Part shown: positions 53,069 through 64,000 of the stretch, one piece after another | Numbering within the stretch: position 1 is the stretch's first letter | Layout: each line of letters begins with the position of its first letter | From: Felis catus | Lineage: Eukaryota | DNA length: 64,000 nucleotides | Direction of reading: 5' to 3' | NCBI RefSeq assembly: GCF_018350175.1 | Contig: NC_058368.1 | Coordinates: forward strand, 232,006,001 to 232,070,000 | Translations under genes and position numbers: made by a program | The notes under the pieces: generated by a model | What the model saw: the letters and a program-made list of their open reading frames with translations, nothing else | The model's database searches: none | Told to the model about the DNA's origin: nothing

Positions 53069-54407
53069 CTCATCGCATTTATTTGGGACCAGCTAGTGTT
53101 TCTTTTCTTCAGTTTAGCTCTCTTGTGCGTATATCTCCCCTTTTTAGCAAAATTATCAGTGTCTTGAAGGCAGAGGTCTGTCTTACATAACTTTGTGTCC
53201 GAGCCAGTACGAAGTGGGTTCTTCCATGTAGTAGGCACTCAAGAAATATTCGTTGACTACGTAAATCCATAGTTGTGTTGCCCCAGTAGTCTAGATGCAT
53301 ATGTCCTTAATGCTTCACCCTAAAGTTTCTGGTAAAATCTGGGTCAGTCTTGGAACGCGTTCTACCTGTACTACCTGTAGGTAGAATCAGTACTTTGGCA
53401 AAGAGACCCCCTGGGGACTTACTAGAATGTCTTCAAGCAAGGAGGCTTGCTTGCACAAATGGCTTTTTTTGTACCCTTCAGACTTCTGGTCATCACTACT
53501 TACACAGCAAGCATGTGGCCACTTCTGGAGTCATCTAAGCGCTCGTTGAATAGAAACAGTTCATTTTTTATATTTTTAGTCACATTACCATCATTTGTAA
53601 TTCTCAAGTTATAAATCTGAAGGAAATTACTTTTTAATGTCCTCTGGCACAACATTAAGATTTTGCAATTAGATTTTATAGCCCGTAGTCATATGCTGCA
53701 GGTCACAAAGCAAAATTAAGACCCTTCTGCACCAGGAAAGTTTCCTGTAGGAAAAGCCACACCGAGTTTAGGGGCAGGGCAGCCCCAAAACACACTTCAC
53801 AGCCTGGAGGACAAAGCTGGTCACAGTCTGGGGGTTTGAAGGTCTTGCCTGGTTTACGTATGCATTTGCATAAACTTTTAAATTAGAAAAAAAATCTGTC
53901 TTGATGGATGGATGAATAGAAATTGCTGCTTGTGTGAGTTATCCAGCAATAAAAACCTGTCTCTTATTGGTTTGGTTCTTACCCGCAGCCCCCAGGAATA
54001 ATTAGGTTTCCATGATCTTAAAAGTTATAAACAAAAGGGAAGGCAATGCCAGCCTGCCAGGCGGATTTGGAAACCAGTTTGCTGACAACATCCCAGAACC
54101 TTCTCTTTACACCTTGCTAGGTGTGTCTCAGGTAACCCTCGGATGACTGAGAATTTCATGGGCCCCACGTAACCCTGGCATTTAGATCCTGAGATTGAAT
54201 AAGATCCTGAGACAGCCAGGCAACCACACAAACAAATGAAAACCTGGGGAAACAGTGGAAATCACAGATCCCACCCTTGATTCTGAAAGGCAGTACATTT
54301 CAATTGGTTATGGGATGGTAGTTGATTCTACTGAAATTGTGTCTCGAAAGATTTCTCTTAAGATACCTATCCAGGAAAAACATAAAAAAAAAAAAAAACT
54401 TTGTTAG

Positions 54408-54616
54408 GGGCGCCTGCGTGGCTCAGCTGGTTAATAAGCAAGTGACTTCGGCTCAGGTCACAATCTCACAGTTCATGAGTTCGAGCCCCACGTCGAGCTC
54501 TGTGCTGACAGCTCAGAGCCTGGAGCTTGCTTTGGATTCTGTGTCTCCCTCTCTATCTGTCCCTCCCCTACTTGCGCTCTGTCTCAAAAATAAATAAACA
54601 TTTAAAGAAACCGTCG
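54408..54616 (+). mobile_element. SINEC_Fc-type CanSINE with TSD
   Basis: TSD aaaactttgttag at 54395-54407 and 54617-54629. Confidence 0.94.
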
Positions 54617-55499
54617 AAAACTTTGTTAGTTGTATATTACTCTGCAGTAATCTAACTTTGAGGAACAATATGTCCGAAAGTCCCACAGGAATCTCTTTGA
54701 GGTGCTGAGCATGCTCTCAGCCTGCCAGCTGCCAGTCTTTATCTAAAAGCCACCTTCCCGAGGCAGGCTGTTTGCTCTTGCCTTTTCTGGAATAGTATGT
54801 GTGTTCCTTCCTGTAATTTAACAGATTTGTGACTATTATTTAATGCTTGTTCAAATCGTGCATATATATTATGCAGTGGATTCCAGGCTGTAAAACATAG
54901 CTTAAATGCCGCTTGTGGCTTCAAATTATGTTTGAGTTAAGAAGACCCACATCAGCGAATGCTTCAAGTAAAAAGTACACTATCACAGCTTTTTGGATTC
55001 TTAAGACATCTACCAGGCAGGCTGTCCAAGATGAAGTGCTGAACTTCAGAAGAACCCAATTCCAGAGCACAGACATTTTGCAAAACTTGCAGTTAGTGGA
55101 TTTTTCCGATGGTGAACGTGTGGGAAAAAAAAAGATTAGGTGTTTAAAATGTCATTGGGAAGGAAACATATGAAGAGACTTGATGTAGCACCTGACCTCT
55201 GTTGAGCAGATACACAACTAAACACAGAAATGATGGGAAAAACCCCTCTTTGTATTTAAAAGACTGTGTTTTATGTATCACGTTTATCAATAAAAATGTA
55301 AATGATAGAAGCCTTATGTCTTCTTGGTGTATTGGATACTTTCTGCTGGTCTAAACACTGGTCTAAAAGCATTTTACTTTTCCTAATTGGTTATTATTGA
55401 ATAGTTTTGTTTTATTTTTAAAAAGTCACATCAGTTGAGCCTTTTGATGATTTCCTATAGCAAGCTTTTGAGATATTTTTCCCTTTAAGATAATCTTTA

Positions 55500-55815
55500 A
55501 GTGTATATGTTATATACATTATATATATATATATATATTTATTTATTTATACCTCTTATGTACTTTTATGCAAATATGTATGTATACATATATGTATATA
55601 TATGAATGAACATATTGATGGCTATATCTGGATATAAATATGTGGAACTGTGTGTGTCTGTATCTAGGTATAAATATACATGTAAATATATACTTAATAT
55701 ACATATTTAGGTATCTATATGTGTGTGTGTGTGTATGAATAAACACATGTATTTATATATACACATCCTAATATATGGGTGAATATATTGAGATCTAAAT
55801 CTAGATATAGATATT
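55500..55815. repeat. Degenerate (TA/TG/CA)n low-complexity tract
   Basis: Mostly alternating AT-rich dinucleotides. Confidence 0.8.
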
Positions 55816-56814
55816 TTGGTCCCTTACAATGTTACCATTATTCCCACTTGGATGGATATTCTAGTGCTGTGATGGAGAAGAAAATAGATGGGCAAAGAAA
55901 TCCCAGGGCTTCAGATTTTCCCTTTGCCTTCATTGGCGTATAACTTTGTGCAGTCATACAACCTCTTTGCCCTTAGTTTTATCCGCTGTAAAGGAAGGGG
56001 GGAGGGGTGGACTGCAGGATAGCCAACACCATGTTGATTCTACAGAGTCCTAGATAGAAGTTCTAGTGAGAATAATTGAGGTCTATACGTTTGGAGAAAC
56101 AAAATTGGCCTGATGTTTTTCAATTTTTCTAGAAAGTCAAAGTAAGGCAGAGAGTATTGGCCTGTTTCCACATTAGCTGATGTAACCAGGACCTGTCTTG
56201 GAAAGAAATGATGAAGACAAATGTCTACTGTTGGGATCTTCTTCCTTCGGTAGCCTTATCGTCTGCGGTGGACCCTGGTTTCTTTCTGCTTTTCTCTGGG
56301 ACCTTCCTTCTTCCAGCTGTGCCCTGCCCAATGGGCAGCTTGGGTTGGAACATTCCTGTCCTCACATGAAAATTACCATCTCTTCCTTTCTGTCGAATTT
56401 TGCTCTCTTTTGGTGGGTGTCAGCTACTGTTTCTGATAATTTAATCCATGCTGATATATTACTAGGTGCTAAGGATTAATGCACTTTAGACATTCCTGGG
56501 AAAATTGATTTTTAATTCAGACCTTATGGAAATATGGCCTTAGTCCCATCCTGGGTTTAGCTTAGCTGCTTACCACTTACGTTACATTTGGCAAGTTGTT
56601 TGACTTTTCGAACACTCAGAGTTTTTAATTTTTACATGTTTTATTTCTGTAAGAAAGAGTATAGCTCTGGCTTCACAGGATTGTAAACATTAAATATAAT
56701 AAGAAATTGTTAACATGTAAAAAAGTATCTAATATAATTCCAGAAATTAAGTAAATACTGATAATATAGTAACAACAACAAAAAGCATTACTAAGAGACA
56801 TTGGTTGTTCTGAG

Positions 56815-56824
56815 ATATATATAG

Positions 56825-56857
<33 letters not shown>

Positions 56858-57011
56858 CATATATATACACATGTATATAGCACCTGACCTCACGTGTATA
56901 TATATATATATATATGTGTGTGTGTATATATATGTGTGTGTATATGTGTGTGTGTGTATAATATATAATATAATATAATATAATATAATATAATATAATA
57001 TAATATAATAA
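56815..57011. repeat. Compound microsatellite (TG)n/(TA)n/(TATAA)n
   Basis: Directly visible tandem runs. Confidence 0.93.
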
Positions 57012-57759
57012 TTTTTTCCCCACAAGCATAAATGTTTGTGAATTTGTGAATTTGGGTCTTTTCTTCCTGGTGAAGTGTTTTGCCTTAGCCTGCCATTTGA
57101 CAAACACATGAGGCTTTGGAACTGAAATCTGTTGTGATCCCTTAAAGAATTTCAGGCAGGACTCATGTAGCTGAAAACCAGCACCAGGTGCTGAGAGCTG
57201 CTGAGTCAAGCAGGCTCACCTTGCTCTGACGGGCTGTTGTTGGAAGCACATGCCTCGGGAAAGCAGGAAAAGGAACAAGAAGAACAGTGGTAGCGGTCCA
57301 GAGCACTGACCTGCCTTGCCGTTCTCAGGGCTTCTTAAAAATTCTGCTCCTTTGTTTTCCAATCATATTTCAGCTCAGATTGTGTTGCTGAGAATGGTGC
57401 GTGTAATGGCAGAAGCTGAAAACGACGTCCCTGGAAGGGGGATGCATGCCACCTTTAAAGAGTAATAGGCATCTCTGATGCAGGATGGTTTCTTTCACAA
57501 CGTGGGGAAGGTCTGGCAAGGACAACTTCCGGAATGCTCAGCCAATAGGACCGTCTGCCCTTCTTTTCCTGGTGCCCAGCTGGCAGGAGTGCCCTTCCGG
57601 GGGAGGGGAGGACCCAGGCCTTGGGATTTCAGGACAGTGTCCTGTCCCCCCACACCAGAGCTGAGTGGCTTACACTGCTGAGAAATCCTGCCATTCTACT
57701 CTGTTCGCATCATCCCTGCCTTGTCATTCCAGAATGTTCTTTGCTCCGATAAAGTAATC

Positions 57760-57963
57760 CTTTTTTTCTTAATGTTAATTTATTTATCTTTGAGAGAGAG
57801 AGAGCATGTGCACATGTGAGCAAGTGGAGGAGGGACAGAGAGAGAGTGAGAGACAGAGAATACCAAGCAGGCTCTGTGCTGGCAGTGCACGAACTCTGGG
57901 ATCATGGCCTGAGGTGGAGTCGAGTCAGACGCTTAATAACCGACTGAGCCGCCCATGCACCCA
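57760..57963 (-). mobile_element. Internally deleted CanSINE
   Basis: Tail, (GA)n, aagcaggctctgtgctg, ccgactgagcc motifs. Confidence 0.85.
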
Positions 57964-59559
57964 CGTTCTTTGCACCAGTAAAGCAGATCAGTGCATGGTT
58001 ATTGACATTTTCTCCTCCCTTCGTTACACCAAGACCCTTGGATCATAAAACCTAACTGGTGACCATGGGAATGGTTTTTTCTGTAGATCTTGACTGACGT
58101 GTGGATCATGGTTATTCATAACAATAGCAGAAACAATAAATGTATTATTTATTAAACTGAGTGGGTGACAGTTTTTATTTAAGAGTATATAACAGTGGGA
58201 ATCAATTCATTTTCAAAGTGAAGAGGATGTTGATTTTTTCCTTCTTGTTACTTTACAAAAATGTTGCATAGGAAGCTACATGTTAGGGTTTTTCCAATGT
58301 GGGCTTCAAGTTCCTCCCAAAAGATTCTCAGTCCTGCTTACTGGGCTCCTTAATCGACTGAAGTTTAGAGTGATGAATGGAACAGGCCACCCAGAGCCAC
58401 TTTTATTTGACCTGGGAGGTTTCACTGCCCAGTGTTTGCCTGCTAGTCAGCATGGTCCCTGGGAAGTGAGTGCTGCAGGCTTTAGCCCCTGGAGGAGACA
58501 TCAGTTTGGTTTTCAGATTTCAGACCAGGGCTAGTCTTGAACACCAAAATCTCCTGTGATTCTTACTTATCAGGCTCTAAAAGGTTTTCTTGGCTTATGA
58601 CCATGACTTCCTTCAATATCTTCTACAGTGTTAATAGTAACTTTTGTTTTGTTTCCAAAGTTTTCTATTTTCTAGGGTTGGTTGTGGGGGGTGGGGGTTG
58701 GTGACTGTATTGAATTTGTAAGCTAGTCTCTAGTTTATATATGTCATCATTTGGACCAAATTGATTAATGCTGACATATGTTCATGAAAGTTAGTTCTTG
58801 AGACTGTAATATTGGGTTCTTTTTAAAATCAAATCAGCATATGTTTTATTAGAATATTTGTAAAACAATCATATGGGTGCTTATGCAATGGTAAGAGAAG
58901 GCAAATATGTGTCACTACAGCTAATTTTGCAGTAGAAGGTCATTGATGGGCCATTTTTTAATCGCCACATTTGTGTAATCAAAGGATTAGCTTGAATGAT
59001 TACCATCAAATATTAAAAATTATCTACAAAGTATTAAATTTGAAGTTACAGGTTTTGTGTTTTTAACTTCCAAACAGTGGTCCTGTTGGCTGCTATATTT
59101 AAGTTCCCTTTCATCCTGATGTTCCTATGTGTTCTTTTCAGCAAAATCAGGAGAGAGAAATAGGAGGGAAAAGGTGAACCCATTATTTGGGAGAAGTGAG
59201 TGTATATTAAAGTTGATGTTGTTAACAACTGTATCTCTCAACCTAGCACGTGCTGTGTGCTGTTCGCTGCTCGCTTCCCTTGCCCTCATCTTTCTTTGGC
59301 ATCTTCTGAGCTCGTTGGCCTCCACTTGCCCCGTGTTCAGACTCTGTCCTCACCTGCCTTACTTGACATTGTGCTCTTTTAGACTTTTGTGTCTGTAACT
59401 GACCCTTTTCTGATTCTTTAGAAAGTAGCACTGATCATTTCTTGATGCTGGTATTGAACTCTGTTACTGTGGTGGCAAATTCTACTGATAGAACTTCTGA
59501 CATTAAACTTGTCGATCCATCCTTGGGTTTCTGGAGTAGACCCCGTCCCATGTGAAGCA

Positions 59560-59633
<74 letters not shown>

Positions 59634-59650
59634 GCATACACGTGTGTGTG
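59560..59650. repeat. (TG)13(CG)4(CA)18 self-complementary microsatellite
   Basis: 91 nt of unbroken purine/pyrimidine alternation. Confidence 0.96.
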
Positions 59651-59984
59651 ATTTGCTAATACATGTCTTTCCTTAGCAGTGTTTTCAGCCATACTTTTAA
59701 ATGAGGGTGGCCCATGATTTTCCTTTCTCATCATGTCTTTGTGAAGCCTTACTAGCAAGATTATCAGGATCCTAATCACCTCGGAACTGTGTTAGGAAGC
59801 TTTACTTCTTTGTCTAATCTCTGAAGTAAGTTCAATAAAGTTGAGATTCCATGTTCCTTAAGGGGTTGTTGAAACTTACATGTGAAACTAAGCCTACTGC
59901 CTTTTCTGACAAATTGTATGTGGGAGTTTACTATGCGTTTTGTCAGAGTGTTTGACACTGTCTTAATAAAAGAATATAATAATT

Positions 59985-60189
59985 TTTAAAAATATTTTTG
60001 TAAATGTTATTGTTATTTTTAATTTAAGAGAGAGAGAGCAAGCAGGGGAGAGGGGCAGAGGGAGAGAGATGGAAAAACCCAAGTAGGCTCCACACTCAGT
60101 GTGGATCCCAATGTGGGGCTCAATCCCACCATGACCTGAGCCAAAATTAAGACTCAGATGCTCAACCTATTGAACCACCCAGGTGCCCC
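59985..60189 (-). mobile_element. CanSINE
   Basis: ggggagaggggcagagggagaga, catgacctgagccaaaattaagactcagatgctcaac, ends caggtgcccc. Confidence 0.9.
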
Positions 60190-63100
60190 TTAAAAGATTT
60201 TTCAAAATGAGGGACTATGCAGGTACTTGCAGACAAAGGGAAGGGGCCCGATAACACGGGAGATATTAGAGGAGAAAAGAGGTGATTTAGAGAAGGGACC
60301 AAAGAGGAGGGAAGAGTTGGCATGAGCAGAGGAAGGGGTACTGATCTTGGCACAGAGGAGAGGGCACCAGCCTCTGATCTTACCGCGAAGCGGGGAGGAG
60401 AGGTGTCTGAGACAGGCGCATTTTCAGTTAGAGACAGGTTGATGCATTAGCTTTCTCCCCAGGAGTTCATGGTGTTGTGTCAGATAGAAGTCAGGTGACA
60501 TGCAAATTTGAGAGAGCCAGACCTGGAGGGATGCCCAGGAAAATCAAAAAAGAAGAGAATGTGCAGATTATCCAACTTTTATCTAATGTTAACCGTAAAA
60601 ATGTACCGTTTCAAGGGGGCAGCTCTTTGGAAATTGAAATAAAGGAAAGGGAACAATTTTGATGGAACTATATGTTGTTAGCTTGCTTTTCCATATCTGC
60701 ATCCCTCCTTCTATTATTGGAGGACATTTCAGGAAGTAGTGTAGTCCTTCCTGTTGCCCAGCATAGGAGCCAAAACCTGAAGTATGTCTCTTCACCCTGG
60801 TCCCTGTTGGCCACACGCTTCCTGTTTGTCTAACTGAAAAGAGAGATTAATGCATGGGAGGTGATTTTCTTCTGATGTCTTTTCATGTCCTCTCTCCCCA
60901 CATGTGGCTCACATTTTCCACTCCTCTAACAGAAAGGTCAGCCCGTGGCCCTCTCTTCTTGACTCATGCGACCTACTTGTTGTCACCACCTTGAGTACAA
61001 CACGTGTGTGCTCAGCTCTGGCAGCTGTGAGCTTTGGTCCCTAGAGCCTGGGAGGGGCACTCGAGAGCCTGGAACTCCAGTCCTGGCAGGTCTCCTCATC
61101 AGGTTCCTCTCTGTGTGATGAAGCTGTTGTATTAAAACAGCTCTACGTGCACTTCCGGGTCGTAGCCATGCTCCGCCATGTCTCTGGGGTCATTCTTCAT
61201 AGAGGACATTCTCCATAGTTCACCTGAACCTATCATCTTTCTCCAAGACCCGGACTTACCCCTTGAGGCCTGTGTGCCACTCTGCATTGTTTTCTGCTTA
61301 ATTCCGTGTTGGAAGGATTTTGTTATCTTCAGCTGGTTGCCTTCCAGTTAGGTATCAGGCCCCTAGGACACCCCCACCATTGTTCCTCCTGCATTTTGAT
61401 AACCAGCATTCATACAACCACTACCTAAAGTGCCTGGTGGTACTTTTAAAAAGCTAACATTCCTGCCCCCATTCTCTACTCTTTCCTGCCCACCAGTGGC
61501 CCATTCACATTCCTAAGATGCCTGCTTTGATGTGTCAAGTACTTGCCTGAGGACTTTTCAAAGCCTCTCTATCACAGATGAAGCCGTGTCCGAACTTGTT
61601 GACCTGTGAGCTATATTTAAATATGCCTCTCAGTTAACCATCCCAGTAGTTTCTTGAATTACCATTGCTTTTTCCTTTCCCTCTTCTCTTTTTTCCCCTC
61701 TTTCCTTTCATTTTTAATTCTTTTCCTCTTGAAATCACTTACTGATTCTTGCTCGTCTGTTCCACACAGTGATCATTGCCTCACACATTCAGAGTCCTGC
61801 GCCCTGTGCCGCAGGCACCCAGGTGAGCTTTGCAGACATAAGAGCCTTCGGCTCTGTCTCCCAGGAACGGAGAACTGATGGGCAAGCAGGTGGGCAGCAC
61901 CGATTCTGGCCCTGGGGGCACCGTGGCATCCCACGTAGCTCTGCTCCTCTAGAACGTGTCTGCACCGTCAGTATGTGGTCAGATCTCTCCTTTCTTTTGC
62001 CGAGAATCCCAGTCTCCACTCCTTTCTATGTGTGAGTACTTCTTGTAACATTACAAATGCCTGTAAAGTCCTTGCATTCATAGATACTCTGCTTAAAGAA
62101 GATACTAGTGCTTGCCCCCTAACTGGATTGTGAGCTTCTGGAACAGACCGTTCATTAACAAGTTTTTATAGCTCCAGGGCCTTGTACATACTTTGCTATA
62201 ATTTTTTTTTTTTTTAATGATTTGGCTGTAAAATGAATACATTGAAATAAACTTCTTAAAAGGATCAAGATGCACATTACAATTTCAAAACCCAAAGACA
62301 GGCCTCTCTAGAACTCAACCCTGGTTTCCTTTATGCAGTGTAGAACTTCTGGTTTATGGCCTTTTCCCCAATAACTGATAGTAGAAAATTGCTGTATTTA
62401 TCAGGCGGAGACATTTCTTGAAAATAATCCGTCCCAATCACATCAACAAAGACCTGTGTATGGGACATATTATGGGATGTGGGCATATTTCCATATTATA
62501 TCTGTTTTGTAACTTTGTTGATGTGGCATCTGTCATGTGCCTGTTTAGTCAGTGTGATATCACTCAGAATAGTAATCCAAGAAAAAATGACAGATAACGT
62601 GGCTAAGTGTCAGGAATAATGATAAGGTGAGGCACAACTAGAGGGCAACTCACTGAGCATTTTTTTTTTTTTTTGGTGTCAGAAATGTGCCCATAAAAGT
62701 TGCAAAAGTGGCTCGTGAAGCAGCATTCTGTCCCTCTTCCGAGCTGTCGTGTTACAATAATGAGACTCTAGGCTGGAGGCCATGTCATAGGACTTAACAG
62801 TCTTGTGAAAAACCTGTCTCTAAAGAGTGGCTATTTCCTGATTTCCCTTAGGGAAAAAAAAATGCCAATGAGAACTAGAAGTAACTAGATTTCACATCTA
62901 GAAAGTGCTGAATGTATTTAACATGCCTGGTCGTGGGGCCAGGATGGAAACCCAAAGTGCAGGGACACGAAGCGTCCACTTTGAAGGAAGGCAGATGGTG
63001 CGCCTGGGTTTGTCCTGGGTCCGAAGGAGGGCTTTGCGATTTCCTTAAGTCTTCAGTTCTTGCCAGGGAGGACACCCAGGAAGTGCTTTTGTTTGCATTC

Positions 63101-63399
63101 AGTTTTCCCTGGGTGAAGCGCGTGAATGCTGTGTGGTTTTCCGCCCAGCCCAGCGCCCAAAGGGAAATGCACATCTGGCTTATAAATCACACCCAAGCGC
63201 TGATGCTGTTTTACACAAGCTCGGTGGGGACTGTGTCACATTCTGATGGGAACCGCCAGTGGCCCCTGAACGATCGCGTCAGGGGGCCCTCCAAGCTTCT
63301 CTGCAATGTCATGTTTGCTACCTGATGTGCACCTTTTGTGGTCCCCGGAGGAAAGATCATTCATTTTTATCTTTTTATTTATTTATTTTTCCTGTTTAG

Positions 63400-63499
63400 A
63401 AATTGGCCCCTGGTTACGGGAGTTCAGAGCGAAGAATGCTGTGGATTTCTCGCAGTTAACATTTGACCCAGGACAGAAAGAACTTGTTGTAGGAGCAAG
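63400..63499 (+). CDS. SEMA5A: Semaphorin-5A, second coding exon (start of Sema domain)
   Basis: U-rich tract then cctgtttag|AAATTGGC. G+AA joins the previous exon to give E-IGPWLREFRAKNAVDFSQLTFDPGQKELVVGA-(R). Donor GCAAG|gtgaga. 100 nt. Confidence 0.97.
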
Positions 63500-63664
63500 G
63501 TGAGAGATCTTACGTTTTGCCACCGCAGATAATTTTGGATTTCGTTTTCCATCTGTGCAGTTACACGTGAGCTTCTCTGCTGTAGCTCACGAGTGCTAAG
63601 TAACGCTTCTTCTAAGAAGGAAATACGGCATAAGGGGCTGTTGACTATGCTACTAATAATAAGA

Positions 63665-63895
63665 TGATGACTGCTTTGCATGGCAGCATTTATTGGGTGC
63701 TCCCCGTGTGCCAGGAACTGTTCTCACATGAATTCATCTACTTTTTTTTTCCTGTGAAAGCTGAGAGGTAGGTATTGTCAACGTCCCTCTGTTAGAGATG
63801 AGGGGATTGAGTCTGGTCGTATTTATGATGTCTAATAAAAGCTGGACCCAGATGTCAGACCCAGGCATTTTGACTCCAGAAACCATGTTCGTAAC
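63665..63895 (-). mobile_element. MIR SINE
   Basis: catttattgggtgc...tgtgccagg...gaggtaggtatt...agatgaggggattgag...acccaggca...tgactccaga, the MIR core pattern. Confidence 0.75.
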
Positions 63896-64000
63896 TTGTC
63901 GGTACATTCTTCAGTAAAATTCTGGAGTCGAGATTTGGATGTCCATTCCAATGTGACCTTGACTAGACCATTTTCTCGTCAATTGAGAATTCAAGGAAAC

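Larger units (their letters stand above)
16862..63399 (+). other. SEMA5A: SEMA5A GT-AG intron, 46,538 bp, phase 1
   Basis: GT at 16862 and AG at 63398-63399. The flanking exons join in frame to a continuous SEMA5A peptide (..VISYK-E-IGPW..). Confidence 0.93.

Noticed and set aside
56673..57209. 178-aa ORF rich in Y/I/H/T
   Set aside because: Translation of (TA)n/(CA)n/(TTATA)n microsatellites.
63306..63503. 65-aa ORF as an independent gene or alternative N-terminus
   Set aside because: Only 63400-63499 is SEMA5A coding; the upstream part is the intronic polypyrimidine tract and the stop lies in the donor site.

Overview
Mammalian genomic DNA from a felid (cat-like), judged by about 29 feline-type CanSINE/SINEC_Fc insertions. 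The window lies inside SEMA5A (semaphorin-5A) on the + strand. It holds the first coding exon (16666-16861, ATG at 16741, signal peptide MKGTCVIAWLFSSLGWWRLA...), a 46.5-kb intron, and the next 100-nt coding exon (63400-63499, EIGPWLREFRAKNAVDFSQLTFDPGQKELVVGAR). The two exons splice in frame. Everything else is intronic: SINEs, old and carnivore L1 fragments, L2/MIR relics, MaLR/ERVL LTRs, hAT and Tigger DNA-transposon relics and microsatellites. I found no evidence for a new multi-gene system, and nearly all ORFs in the supplied track are repeat-derived or chance. The points most worth checking are an 8-codon uORF just upstream of the SEMA5A start, an unexplained ~200-bp direct duplication, a young SINE with a triplicated 3' end, close inverted SINE pairs, a strong antisense SINE bias, and two large non-B-DNA tracts. 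Repeat family names come from recalled consensus sequences, not a database search, and repeat boundaries are approximate.
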